The notes: generated by a model from the sequence alone, not told the origin. A stretch of DNA of 64,000 nt from Methanotrichaceae archaeon (GCA_963748825.1 CAVVKN010000004.1:32001-96000); one strand, 5' to 3'. Positions 23,135 to 32,809 are shown, numbered from the stretch's first letter. A program made the numbers and translations.

Positions 23135-23590
23135 GTGTATGTCGTAGCGGACGCCTCGGTATTCATATGGGGCAAAAGGCCAGCGGGAGAGTTGATCACC
23201 GTCCCGGCAGTTGAAGCGGAGCTCAAAGATATAAGGACAAAGTCCCTGCTTCACATCTTCGAGGCACGGGTGGAAAGCCCCTCCCCCCAAGCGCGAAAGG
23301 CAGCTCAGAATGCCGCGGCGGAGACCGGCGACCTCAAAGCACTGTCTTCCGCTGATCTGGATGTCCTGGCAAAAGCCCTGGAATATAGAGCAGTTCTCGC
23401 GACCGATGATTACGCTCTGCAAAATGTCGCTCTTCACCTCGGCCTGAAGATCGAGCCCATCGGACAGCCCAGGATAAAGAGATTGCTAAAACATGTCCAG
23501 AAATGCCAGGGCTGCGGCAGCAGATTCGAGGGAGAAGCATGTGCTGATTGCGGAACTCCTGCCCGAAAGAAAAAGAGGTGCATAAGATGA
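23135..23590 (+). CDS. nob1: Nob1-family PIN endonuclease (rRNA maturation)
   Basis: VVADASVFI, LSSADLDVLA, TDDYALQN, C-terminal CxxC..CxxC; GTG start inferred. Confidence 0.85.
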   Translation: MYVVADASVFIWGKRPAGELITVPAVEAELKDIRTKSLLHIFEARVESPSPQARKAAQNAAAETGDLKALSSADLDVLAKALEYRAVLATDDYALQNVALHLGLKIEPIGQPRIKRLLKHVQKCQGCGSRFEGEACADCGTPARKKKRCIR

Positions 23591-24204
23591 AGAATATTGA
23601 AACTCTGATTAAGAAAGCAACGGAACTGAAGGCAGAAGGGCTGGTGGAAGGCCAGATCTCAGAGGAGCTGAATGTCTCCAGCGAGACGGTGACCTGGCTG
23701 CTTACTCATGCTGAGAAGACGAGCACGTCGCCAGGTCCCAAAGATATCTCCGTAGACTGGTCGATGATCGGCAAGAGCGCCTTTAGGCTGAGCCAGGTCT
23801 CTGAAGCCCTCTCAGATATCATTTATGAGACTTTGGACGACAACGACTGCGGCGTTGATGTCGTGGTGGGCATAGCCTTAAGCGGCCTGCCTCTGGCCAG
23901 CATGGTCGCCAATAGCCTGGCGGCTGAGCTTGCCGTCTACACACCCAGCAAGCAAATGCTCACCAAAGAGAGCGGCAAGGCGCGCGGCAACCTGAGCGCC
24001 AACTTTGCCGGTGTTATGGACAAGGAATGCATCATCATCGACGATGTGATTACATCCGGCAGCACTTTGGAGGAGACTGTCGAGTATCTGGACGAGCACG
24101 GGGCCAAGATCAATGCAGTCGCCGTCCTGATAGACAAGAAGGGCACGGACGAGATCGCTGGAGTGCCCGTAGTCTCGCTCTTAAAGGTCTTAAGAGTAAA
24201 TTAG
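23587..24204 (+). CDS. gfcR: Orotate phosphoribosyltransferase-like protein with N-terminal HTH (GfcR family)
   Basis: ISEELNVSSETVTWL HTH, PKDISVDWS, PRT loop IIDDVITSGST. Confidence 0.8.
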   Translation: MKNIETLIKKATELKAEGLVEGQISEELNVSSETVTWLLTHAEKTSTSPGPKDISVDWSMIGKSAFRLSQVSEALSDIIYETLDDNDCGVDVVVGIALSGLPLASMVANSLAAELAVYTPSKQMLTKESGKARGNLSANFAGVMDKECIIIDDVITSGSTLEETVEYLDEHGAKINAVAVLIDKKGTDEIAGVPVVSLLKVLRVN

Positions 24205-24326
24205 ATCAAGCCGATTATGGGATGGCCGGCAAAGACGGCCATTTATATATTTTCGTATGGATGTTTTCGACCTTTGGAAAGCCTTTTAGCATTCCTGATC
24301 ATCTTCCGCTCACAAGCTGATCAACT

Positions 24327-27053
24327 ATGTTCTCCGAGGATGAGTATCGATTAGACTTCTTCGTGGATGAGGGATTCCAGCGCAAGAAGTGCGACAAATG
24401 CGGCAAATTCTTCTGGACCAGGAACGGCGAGAGGAAGACCTGCGGGGACCCGCCCTGCGATCCCTATACCTTCATAGGCTCGCCCATATTCAAGCGCGAG
24501 CACACATTAGATGAGATGCGCGAGCACTACCTCAGCTTCTTTGAGGCCAGAGGGCACGCCCGTATCAATAGGTATCCGGTGGTGGCCCGCTGGCGAGACG
24601 ACATTTACCTCACCATCGCCTCCATCGCCGACTTCCAGCCCTTTGTGACCTCCGGGCAGGTGCCGCCGCCCGCCAATCCACTTACCATCAGCCAGCCCTG
24701 CATCCGGCTGGACGATCTCGATTCGGTAGGGCGCAGCGGAAGGCATCTCACCACCTTCGAGATGATGGCCCACCACGTCTTCAACACCAGGGAGAAAGAG
24801 CACTACTGGAAGGACCACACGGTGCGGCTCTGCGATGAGCTGCTGGTCGGCCTGGGCATGGACCCCCTGGCTGTGACCTATAAGGAGAATCCCTGGGCAG
24901 GCGGCGGGAACGCCGGACCCAGCGTGGAGGTCATGGTCGGCGGCCTGGAGCTGGCAACGCTTGTCTTCATGGACCTGAAAACCGCGCCCGGAGGGCCCAT
25001 CCAGATAAAGGACGAGTCTTACGAGAAGATGGACAACTACATCGTGGACACCGGCTACGGTCTGGAGAGGTTCGTCTGGGCCTCCAAGGGCTCCCCTACC
25101 ATTTACGATGCCATTTTTCCCGATCTGGTCAGAAAGGTGGCCGACCTTGCGGGCGTCGAGCACAACCTGCAAGATCCCGAGTACGCCGAGATCTTCGCCC
25201 AGAATGCCCGGCTGGCAGGCATGGTGGACCTGGACGAGTACAGCATGTCGGATCTGCGAGCTAGAATTGCGGGCAGCATCGGCATTTCGCCAGAGAAGCT
25301 GGAGAAGACCATTGAGCCCATGGAGCGCATCTATGCTGTGGTGGACCACACCCGCTGTCTGGCCTACATGCTGGGCGACGGGATCATCCCCTCCAATGTC
25401 AAAGCGGGCTACCTGGCAAGGCTGGTCATCCGTCGCACATTGCGCCTGATGAAGGAGCTGGGCCTGTCTCTGCCGCTGGCGGAATTGGTGGAGATGCAGA
25501 TCCAGCGGCTGGACTATTCGGATTGGCCGGAGCGCTTTGTCACCATCAAGGAGATCCTCGACCAGGAGGAGCAGAAGTACGCCGAGACCCTGGAGAAGGG
25601 CAAGCGTCTGGTCAAGAAGACGGCCGAGCACTTCAAAAAGATGGGCCAGCCCATTCCCCTGGTGGAGATGATCTCCCTTTACGACACGCACGGCATTCCC
25701 CCTGAGATCGCTCGCGAGTCGGCAGAAGAGATGGGAGCGACCGTGGAGCTGCCGGACAATTTCTACTCACTGGTCGCCAAGAAACGCATCCGGGCCGAAA
25801 AAGAAGAGGCCAAAGCCACCCTACCCGGCAAGACGGATCTGCTCTTTTACGAGCATCCCTTCGAACAGGTCTTCGAGGCCCAGGTTCTGGATGTTACGAA
25901 GGACGGCAGTGTCATTTTGGACAGGACGCTTCTCTACCCCGAGGGCGGAGGCCAGCCGACCGATCACGGCACTTTGGAGAGGGGTGGCCGGGTCTTTGCG
26001 GTAGTGGATGTGCAAAAGTCGGGAGACGTGGTGCTGCATAAGCTGGCAACGCCGGGCCTGGAGAAGGGCGACCACGTTACCGGCAAGGTCGACATGCGCA
26101 GGAGGCTGGCACACGCCCGTCATCACACGGCCACCCACCTGGTGCACGACTCGGCAAAGCGCGTTTTGGGCAAGCACGTCTGGCAGGCCGGTGCCCAGAA
26201 GAGCGAGGACCGGGCCCGTCTGGACATATCCCACTACAAACGCATCACCGACCAAGAGCTGAAGGCGATAGAGCTAGAGGCCAATCGGCGGGTGATGGAG
26301 ATGGAGCCGGTGGACACCCAATTCTTGCCCCGCACCGAGGCGGAAAAGCTCTTCGGATTTGAGCTGTACCAGGGAGGCGTGCCGCCTGGAAAGATGATTC
26401 GCGTGGTGCGGGTGGGCACAGATATCGAGGCCTGCGCAGGAACGCACGTCACCAACACGGGCATGATCGGGGCCATCAAGATCCTGCGCGCCGAGCGTAT
26501 CCAGGACGGCGTGGAGAGGATCGAGTTTGCGGCAGGTGAAGCAGCCGTGCGGGCCGGCCAGGAGCGCGATGATCTGCTCTCTGGAGCCGCAGACGTCCTG
26601 CGCGTGCCGAACGAACAGCTGCCCAAGACCGCATCGCGCTTCTTTGAAGAGTGGAAAGGCCAGCAGAAGGAGATCGAGCGGCTGAAAGAAGACTTGGCCA
26701 AGGCGCGGCTCAAGACCTTGATTGCTGAGGCCGAGATCATGGACGGCCTGAAGGTCGTGGTGCAAAAGATGGGCAGCGCCGACATCGATGAGCTTCTCAA
26801 AGCGGCGGCACTTTTGGCGGCGCAGGACTGCGTCGCGCTGCTGGGCAGCGAGACGGGCAAGCTGGTGGCGGCGGTGGGCCAGTCGGGCCTGGTGAATGGC
26901 ATCAAGGCGGGCAGCATCATCCGGGCTGCGGCCAAAGCCCTGGGCGGGGGCGGTGGAGGCAAGCCGGACCTGGCTCAGGGCGGAGGGCCCAACGTCGAGA
27001 AGCTGGACGAGGCCTTGAAGGCGGGAAGAGAGGCGATGAGGGCCGGGTTCTAG
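24327..27053 (+). CDS. alaS: Alanyl-tRNA synthetase (archaeal type)
   Basis: N-terminal Zn motif; RHLTTFEMMAHH; DTGYGLER; editing HHTATH and CAGTH; C-terminal DHHA1 GGGGG. Confidence 0.98.
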   Translation: MFSEDEYRLDFFVDEGFQRKKCDKCGKFFWTRNGERKTCGDPPCDPYTFIGSPIFKREHTLDEMREHYLSFFEARGHARINRYPVVARWRDDIYLTIASIADFQPFVTSGQVPPPANPLTISQPCIRLDDLDSVGRSGRHLTTFEMMAHHVFNTREKEHYWKDHTVRLCDELLVGLGMDPLAVTYKENPWAGGGNAGPSVEVMVGGLELATLVFMDLKTAPGGPIQIKDESYEKMDNYIVDTGYGLERFVWASKGSPTIYDAIFPDLVRKVADLAGVEHNLQDPEYAEIFAQNARLAGMVDLDEYSMSDLRARIAGSIGISPEKLEKTIEPMERIYAVVDHTRCLAYMLGDGIIPSNVKAGYLARLVIRRTLRLMKELGLSLPLAELVEMQIQRLDYSDWPERFVTIKEILDQEEQKYAETLEKGKRLVKKTAEHFKKMGQPIPLVEMISLYDTHGIPPEIARESAEEMGATVELPDNFYSLVAKKRIRAEKEEAKATLPGKTDLLFYEHPFEQVFEAQVLDVTKDGSVILDRTLLYPEGGGQPTDHGTLERGGRVFAVVDVQKSGDVVLHKLATPGLEKGDHVTGKVDMRRRLAHARHHTATHLVHDSAKRVLGKHVWQAGAQKSEDRARLDISHYKRITDQELKAIELEANRRVMEMEPVDTQFLPRTEAEKLFGFELYQGGVPPGKMIRVVRVGTDIEACAGTHVTNTGMIGAIKILRAERIQDGVERIEFAAGEAAVRAGQERDDLLSGAADVLRVPNEQLPKTASRFFEEWKGQQKEIERLKEDLAKARLKTLIAEAEIMDGLKVVVQKMGSADIDELLKAAALLAAQDCVALLGSETGKLVAAVGQSGLVNGIKAGSIIRAAAKALGGGGGGKPDLAQGGGPNVEKLDEALKAGREAMRAGF

Positions 27054-27164
27054 CCCACACCTCCTTTTAAGTTAGTTGTCAGTATTAATTTGCGTGCCTA
27101 GCTTCATAGTCGATCTTATTTTTGCCATGGAGGATATTAAAAAAAAAGGGCACATACTTGCCCC

Positions 27165-28112
27165 CTATTGGCCGTTAAGGTTTTCTGAGATCTGCATTAC
27201 ACTAGAAATTGTTCCCAAATCTAGATCACTGCCTCGAAACGCATTCTTGAAATGGATTTCGATCAATGTTACGTTTTTCGAATTTCCAATATCCTTCTTG
27301 TAGCGATAGATTTTGTCTTCCACGGTGGGGTTGTCTTTGGAAGGTGACACGATCTTAGAGTCAACAACCTTGTCATCTTTCAGGAGGTCAAGATATACCT
27401 TGTTTCCATCTATGTCGATGTGGTTGATCTGTAAAACGTAACCTTCAGCTAATTTCAAAGGACGGTTCGTTGTTATGGTTTGTTCTTTCCTATCATCAAT
27501 GATGATCATAACGGGCTGCACTGCGTCTTTGATATTTGTTTTTGTTTCATTTGTTTCATTATATGTTTCTTCTTTTTTTGTATCAATTATCTGTATCAAC
27601 TTAAATGAATCGAGCGTTTCAGTTGCATTATTACCAACGAAATAAAGAGTTCCGACCAATTCCCGATACTTATCCAATTTAAACCAAAACTGCGTCATGT
27701 CTCTAAGCTCACCATCTTTATCTGTAGCCATGACTACAGATGCGTCCTTTCCAGCAATTTGACGACGAATAGGCTTGATATCCGTCCAACCGCGTACTTT
27801 CATGTACTCCTGAGTTTCCCTAAGCATAGACTCGCGATCGGAAATGGCGGTTACAATTTCATGTTTTATTATTGTGACTGTTCCCATAACATTATTCTTT
27901 TCGAGATCTACAGTTATAATCTCCATATTATCCTCATATTTCCCGGAATATGAGGTATCAAAGTCAAAATTCTGTGTTTCCTTATCCGCGAGTGAATCAT
28001 TTATATTAAAACTAACATTATAATATGCTATGGGGATTTCCACTTGCATTCCTGCCACTAACGAAGGAATCAGTGCTAGTAAAATAGCTATCCAATATTT
28101 CATGTATATCAC
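27165..28112 (-). CDS. AT-rich secreted protein with a C-terminal S-layer-family domain
   Basis: Signal peptide; C-terminal PLKLAEGYVLQINHIDIDGNKVYLDLLKDDKVVD resembles the Methanosarcinales S-layer repeat. Confidence 0.7.
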   Translation of the reverse strand: MIYMKYWIAILLALIPSLVAGMQVEIPIAYYNVSFNINDSLADKETQNFDFDTSYSGKYEDNMEIITVDLEKNNVMGTVTIIKHEIVTAISDRESMLRETQEYMKVRGWTDIKPIRRQIAGKDASVVMATDKDGELRDMTQFWFKLDKYRELVGTLYFVGNNATETLDSFKLIQIIDTKKEETYNETNETKTNIKDAVQPVMIIIDDRKEQTITTNRPLKLAEGYVLQINHIDIDGNKVYLDLLKDDKVVDSKIVSPSKDNPTVEDKIYRYKKDIGNSKNVTLIEIHFKNAFRGSDLDLGTISSVMQISENLNGQ

Positions 28113-28380
28113 TAAAGGCCAATAGGAACTGATCCCTCAAAACCTTTTTCGTCAGAAGCTAAAAGCAAACCACCTGCCGGTTGGAAAAGATCTTGCAAGG
28201 CCATCCATCTGGTTGGCGCTCTCTTCTGCAAGGTCGCGAAAGGCCTATTCCTGCAAGAATGAATTTCTGGATGATCTCAAACGTTGTAGATTCTTTTGCC
28301 GGACTCACGAAAAGCATATCAAACCAAATCGCACATTTCATATCCTTTGAAGCCCGAATAGAATCCTGATATGTTCGCGG

Positions 28381-29833
28381 GTATGTGTTTAGCTGGCCAG
28401 CTTCTCGGTTAGCATTTGGAGGCGATTCAATCCTCTCTGTCCCCATGTTGCCAGTGTCGTCATGATTCGCTCATGAATCGAAGTTCCTTTGTCATTGCGC
28501 AGTGTGCCCAAGATCTTTCTTAAAACCACATGGGGTCGCAACGCTCTCTGCTCGATTATTGGTCGGCTCTACACCAGGATTAATGGTAAACGTGAACCAG
28601 TAGTCAAACCCGTTGTTGATTTTCCCGATGAATTTCCGGACTTTCTCGGCAGAGTACTCTTTCCTGATCCAGTTCCTGAGTGCTTCTCGCGCCAAGTAGC
28701 ATAGATATCTCCGGACTTCTGGCGGTGGATCGCTTTCCAGAGCTTTGGTTAGTGAATCATAAAGCTCCTTAAGCGCGTTATGCAAAGGAACAGCCTCCGC
28801 GAACTTCTTGGAAAGTTCTTTCGATTCTCGAAGTAGATGTGCCCAACATCGCTGAATGCGATTTGTGAACCTGACATAAGGTTTCCACCCGTCGCATACG
28901 ATTATTCCCTTGAATCTCCGAGTTAAGACTTCCGTCAGAACCTTCATGCCTCGGCTCTTCCGAATCACGAAAAAAGACTCCGATGGTGTGGAAAAGGTCC
29001 AGATCCAATGTCTTTCTCCCTGGACATGAATTGACGTTTCATCCACATACAGAATCGGAGCACCTCGAATCTTGTTTAAGATCGCATCATATTCCAACTG
29101 AACCGCATCAGCAGCGCGACGGGTTAAATCGAGTATCGTAGCAGGACTTATTTTCAGACCGAAGAGTCTCATCATTGCGTCTTGGATTATACGATGAGGC
29201 ATCCTACCATCATATTTTAACAATGTAGCCTGCGCAATTACATTGTTTCCGAATTTGCCTTCATGTGGACAATCTGGATTGCTTGCAATAACTTCTTTCC
29301 GGCAGCAAGGGCATATGTAATGTCCAATTTTGTATTCAGTTACAATGATCGGCTGAGGCTCAGGAATCTCTTCAATAATCTTCGAGTCTATTCGAAAAGG
29401 GGCGCCAAGATCAGCCCCGCAATCTGGGCAGAGATCCATTGTGACTTCTACCTGCCTATCCGGAGCAGCATAAGGTCTTGTTACACCTTTGTGGCCGATT
29501 TTTTGTCCTGGTTTTCCCTTGTCTTTCTTGTCCGGATCTTTTTTGCGATTGCGGCCACGTCTTAGACTTGGTGGGGTATGCGCATTCTCATATTGAGCTA
29601 ACCGGGCTTCAAGCTCGCAAATCTTTGCCTTAAGCGGCTCAATTTCACCTACTCTTGCCTTAAGCAACTCATTATCATGCTTTAATTGCTCATTCTCTTT
29701 GATAAGTTGCTCAATAATTTTTCCTTCGTTCATGCTCCCACTAAAAGATTTGTGCTATTATATTACTTAATTTTTCTGGTCTAATATATTCTATGTAAAT
29801 TTAGTTGAATCTACAAGAGAGCTAAACACATAC
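28381..29833 (-). mobile_element. IS66-family insertion sequence (single-ORF, ISBst12-like), 1453 bp
   Basis: 14-bp TIRs GTATGTGTTTAGCT/AGCTAAACACATAC; 8-bp TSD GTTCGCGG at 28373-80 and 29834-41. Confidence 0.93.
28389..29733 (-). pseudogene. IS66 TnpC-type DDE transposase with a C-terminal frameshift
   Basis: Coiled coil, NAHTPPS, CPDC/CPCC, YVDETS, VCDGW, QRCWAHLLR, PTNNRAE; shift at about 28545; span is 3n+1. Confidence 0.85.
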
Positions 29834-30148
29834 GTTCGCGGAATACATCAAGACGGCCCTGGAAAAGGCACAGTACAAAATCATCGATAATGGCGACGAG
29901 CCATATTTTGTGGATGTTCCAGAATTGGATGGTGTGTGGGCGACAGGCTGCACTGTTGAGGATTCACGCCGCAATTTCATCGAGGCCCTTGAGGATTGGA
30001 TCGCGGCTCACTTGCTATGGAATTTGGCCCTTCCGTCGATGGGGAATCAGGCCGCAAGCATGCCCCTTCGGCAAAGCAAAAGAGAACCCATCTCCTCTTT
30101 TTGATCTATCCTCACATTTATATCAAAAGAGCATCCAATATCATCTTC

Positions 30149-30397
30149 GTGAATAATGAAGATCTGCTGCAAAGGATAACCATAAATCCCAAAGTAATGG
30201 TAGGCAAACCCGTCATCCAGGGCACAAGGCTAACTGTCGAGTACATCCTGGGACTCCTGGCCCATGGCACTACCATGGAGGAGATCCTGGAGGAGTATCC
30301 CGGCCTGGTGAAGGACGACGTCTATGCCTGTCTTCTGTTTGCCTCTAAGACCCTTCAAGATGCCTCCTTCGTTCCCGTTGCGGCCGAGGCCGTTTAG
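30149..30397 (+). CDS. DUF433 antitoxin
   Basis: RITINPKVMVGKPVIQGTRLTVE..EEILEEYPGL..DVYACL; GTG start about 25 nt after TTTATA. Confidence 0.9.
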   Translation: MNNEDLLQRITINPKVMVGKPVIQGTRLTVEYILGLLAHGTTMEEILEEYPGLVKDDVYACLLFASKTLQDASFVPVAAEAV

Positions 30398-30757
30398 ATG
30401 CGATTTCTGGTTGACGAGTGCGTAGGCCCTTCTGTCGTGCGCTGGCTGCGTGAGAATAATCATGATGCTACCTCTGCTTATGAGGATTGCCGGGGTTGGG
30501 AAGACGAAAGCATACTTGAAAAAGCCTACTCGGAAGGGCGCATAGTAGTAACCATGGACAAGGATTTTGGAGATATGGTCTTTCGAATGAAAATGCCTCA
30601 TTGCGGCATTATTTTGCTTCGCAGTGCATACTGCGGTCCATCTAAAAAGATCGCGATGATGAAAAAGATCCTATCACTCCCGGAATCGGATATCTCTGGC
30701 CGCTTTGTCGTGGTGACAGAGAATGCAATCAGGATCTCGGGAGCTATCACGAATTAG
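30398..30757 (+). CDS. DUF5615 PIN-like toxin
   Basis: MRFLVDECVG, DESILEKA..EGRIVVTMDKDFG, HCGIILLR; abuts the DUF433 gene. Confidence 0.9.
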   Translation: MRFLVDECVGPSVVRWLRENNHDATSAYEDCRGWEDESILEKAYSEGRIVVTMDKDFGDMVFRMKMPHCGIILLRSAYCGPSKKIAMMKKILSLPESDISGRFVVVTENAIRISGAITN

Positions 30758-30805
30758 ACTATTCTTTACGGATTAGAAACGCCCGCCGAGGGAGATCAAG
30801 CAGCA

Positions 30806-31148
30806 CAAGACCTTGATCGCTGAGGCCGAGATCGTGGAGGGCCTGAAGATAGTGGTGCAGAGGAGGAGCAGCGCGGACATAGATGAGCTTCTCAAGGCGG
30901 CGGCCCTTCTGGCGGAGCAGGACTTCGTCGCACTTTTGGGCAGCAAGACGGGCAAGCTCGTGGCCGCAGTGGGCCAGTCGGGCCTGTCGAAGGGCGTCAA
31001 GGCGGGGAGCATCATCCGGGCCGCGGCCAAGGCCTTAGACGGAGGCCGAGGAGGCAAGCCGGACCTGGCTCAGGGCGGAGGGCCGAACGTCGAGAAGCTG
31101 GACGAGACCTTGCAGGCAGGAAGAGAGGCGATGAAGGCTGGTTTATAG
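30806..31148 (+). pseudogene. Duplicated 3' end of alaS (DHHA1/C-Ala domain)
   Basis: Colinear 343-bp copy of 26711-27053; about 18 of 110 aa differ, including GGGGGG to DGGRGG. Confidence 0.9.
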
Positions 31149-31577
31149 CCCAATTACCTTTTCCCCGAGGCAAGAAAACTGTTCAAGCAGTCTGCACCAA
31201 ATCAATTTACCCGACCGAAATAGGCTTCGCCTGAAGCCTGTCGGCACGATATTTCTCCATGATCGCGTCAATCTGTCGGGAGGTCTCCGGCGAGAGGGAC
31301 GCGGCCTTATCTTAAATCTGGACTAATCAGAGCCGAATCTCGTAAATATTGAATTTTAAGGTTAAATCATTGAAACAAAACTTTTATAGCATGATTTGTC
31401 TTTAGCGGAACTTTCCTGTACATTTTATTGGCATTCAGTTCGATATTCCAATGTTTTAGAACCGTTCGTTCGGTCACATCTTTTTCTATCGTTCCAGACA
31501 TGGTGGTGCTTAGAGAATGTCGCAAGCGATCGAATCGCAAGACTCTCTCGATGAAAAAAGTTGCGAGGTATAAATAT

Positions 31578-32081
31578 ATGAAAACAAAGATTGCGTTAGC
31601 GGTTATGGCACTGGCTGTTGTCTGCCTTTCCATGGCTCCGGCATTGTCCGCTGGATGGGATTCGAACAATAAAGATAGATGCAATGCTTCCTTCCAGAGA
31701 GGTGGTTTTGATGGACCACATAACTGGATGCTTCTGGTAGATGATGCCACAAGGGAAAATTTCGAAAACATGACCTTAAACCAAATCAAGCAGCTGCGTG
31801 AAGAGAAGAGTGCACAGCTTAACAACATGACCTTAGCTCAGATTGACGAGCTTCGCCAAAAGCAGATGGATAAGCTCAATAACATGACGCTGGCCCAGAT
31901 CAAGGAAATGAAAATGGGCTGGATGGGCGAAATGGGCCCAGGCATGATGGGCGATGGTATGATGAGCAGGGGTATGATGCATCATGGCGAGAATGGCCAG
32001 GGCCCGATGGACCAGGGAATGAACAAAGGCCTGGCGGAAAACGGACGCGGGTCCGGTAGCCAGCAGCGAGGCGGAAGATAA
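31578..32081 (+). CDS. Secreted protein with three NMTLxQI repeats and an M/G-rich tail
   Basis: GAGGT RBS; signal peptide; 19-aa repeats. Confidence 0.75.
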   Translation: MKTKIALAVMALAVVCLSMAPALSAGWDSNNKDRCNASFQRGGFDGPHNWMLLVDDATRENFENMTLNQIKQLREEKSAQLNNMTLAQIDELRQKQMDKLNNMTLAQIKEMKMGWMGEMGPGMMGDGMMSRGMMHHGENGQGPMDQGMNKGLAENGRGSGSQQRGGR

Positions 32082-32204
32082 GCAATAGCATTTGCCGAGT
32101 ATTGCAGCCTTCAGAAGAGATGCGAGTGGCCTGCCAGCAGCATAGCCATCTGCCAACATCTAATTTTTGGCAATATTGAATTGAAGATTAATGGAGTGAG
32201 GAAG

Positions 32205-32285
32205 ATGACAGACAATGCCGTATTCCTTGTATTTTCGGTGAGCTTAGGCTTTGGGATGCTTCTGGTCTTCTCAGCTGCTGGCTAG
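32205..32285 (+). CDS. Putative 26-aa hydrophobic small protein (MTDNAVFLVFSVSLGFGMLLVFSAAG)
   Basis: GGAGTGAGG RBS; single TM-like stretch. Confidence 0.45.
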   Translation: MTDNAVFLVFSVSLGFGMLLVFSAAG

Positions 32286-32621
32286 AAGCAAAGGAGAAAT
32301 GAAAATTCAGAGCGCCTACAACATAGATAGGGCCCGGAGATCTCCTGCGACTGTCCGGCTCCAGCTGTAATTCCTTTTTACCAACAGTGTTATGTTAATA
32401 TTGTTGTTTTTCTCAAGTTAGTGAAAAAATAAAAATTAATCATAATGAACTTTAAATCAGAATGATACATACGAATGAATCCATAATGATTCTTATGCTA
32501 ACGTTTATCCCCCGCATATGTACTCGAATGGAAATGATTGGTAGTCAAGCAGTGTTCAAAATTTCACCAATTAAGTTTATAATATAGGAGATCACACTTA
32601 TTAAAAAAAGAGGTAAAAAAC

Positions 32622-32714
32622 ATGAGTATAAAAACTATGGTGCTTATGCTGGCCCTGGCAATCGTGGCAATGCTGCCGGAAGTCTTGGCTCACGTCGTAG
32701 TAGTAAAGATGTAG
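32622..32714 (+). CDS. Putative 30-aa secreted peptide precursor (MSIKTMVLMLALAIVAMLPEVLA|HVVVVKM)
   Basis: TATA TTTATAATA at about 32576, GAGGT RBS, n/h/c signal-peptide structure. Confidence 0.6.
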   Translation: MSIKTMVLMLALAIVAMLPEVLAHVVVVKM

Positions 32715-32809
32715 AATCTCGATCTTCCAGGATTGTTTTCCTCATTTCTTCTTGCCAAAACAACCTATCTGGACAACCTATATCAATTCTCATAGCCTCA
32801 AACAAAGCC

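Larger units (their letters stand above)
28371..30104 (+). pseudogene. hicB: HicB-family antitoxin interrupted at codon 4 by IS66
   Basis: Removing the IS and one TSD restores MFAEYIKTALEKAQYKII..PYFVDVPELDGVWATGCTVEDSRRNFIEALEDWI. Confidence 0.85.

Noticed and set aside
24507-25691. Long antisense ORFs (394 aa here; also opposite pgk, gyrB, srp54 and the thermosome)
   Set aside because: Shadow frames of GC3-rich genes with no protein-like motifs
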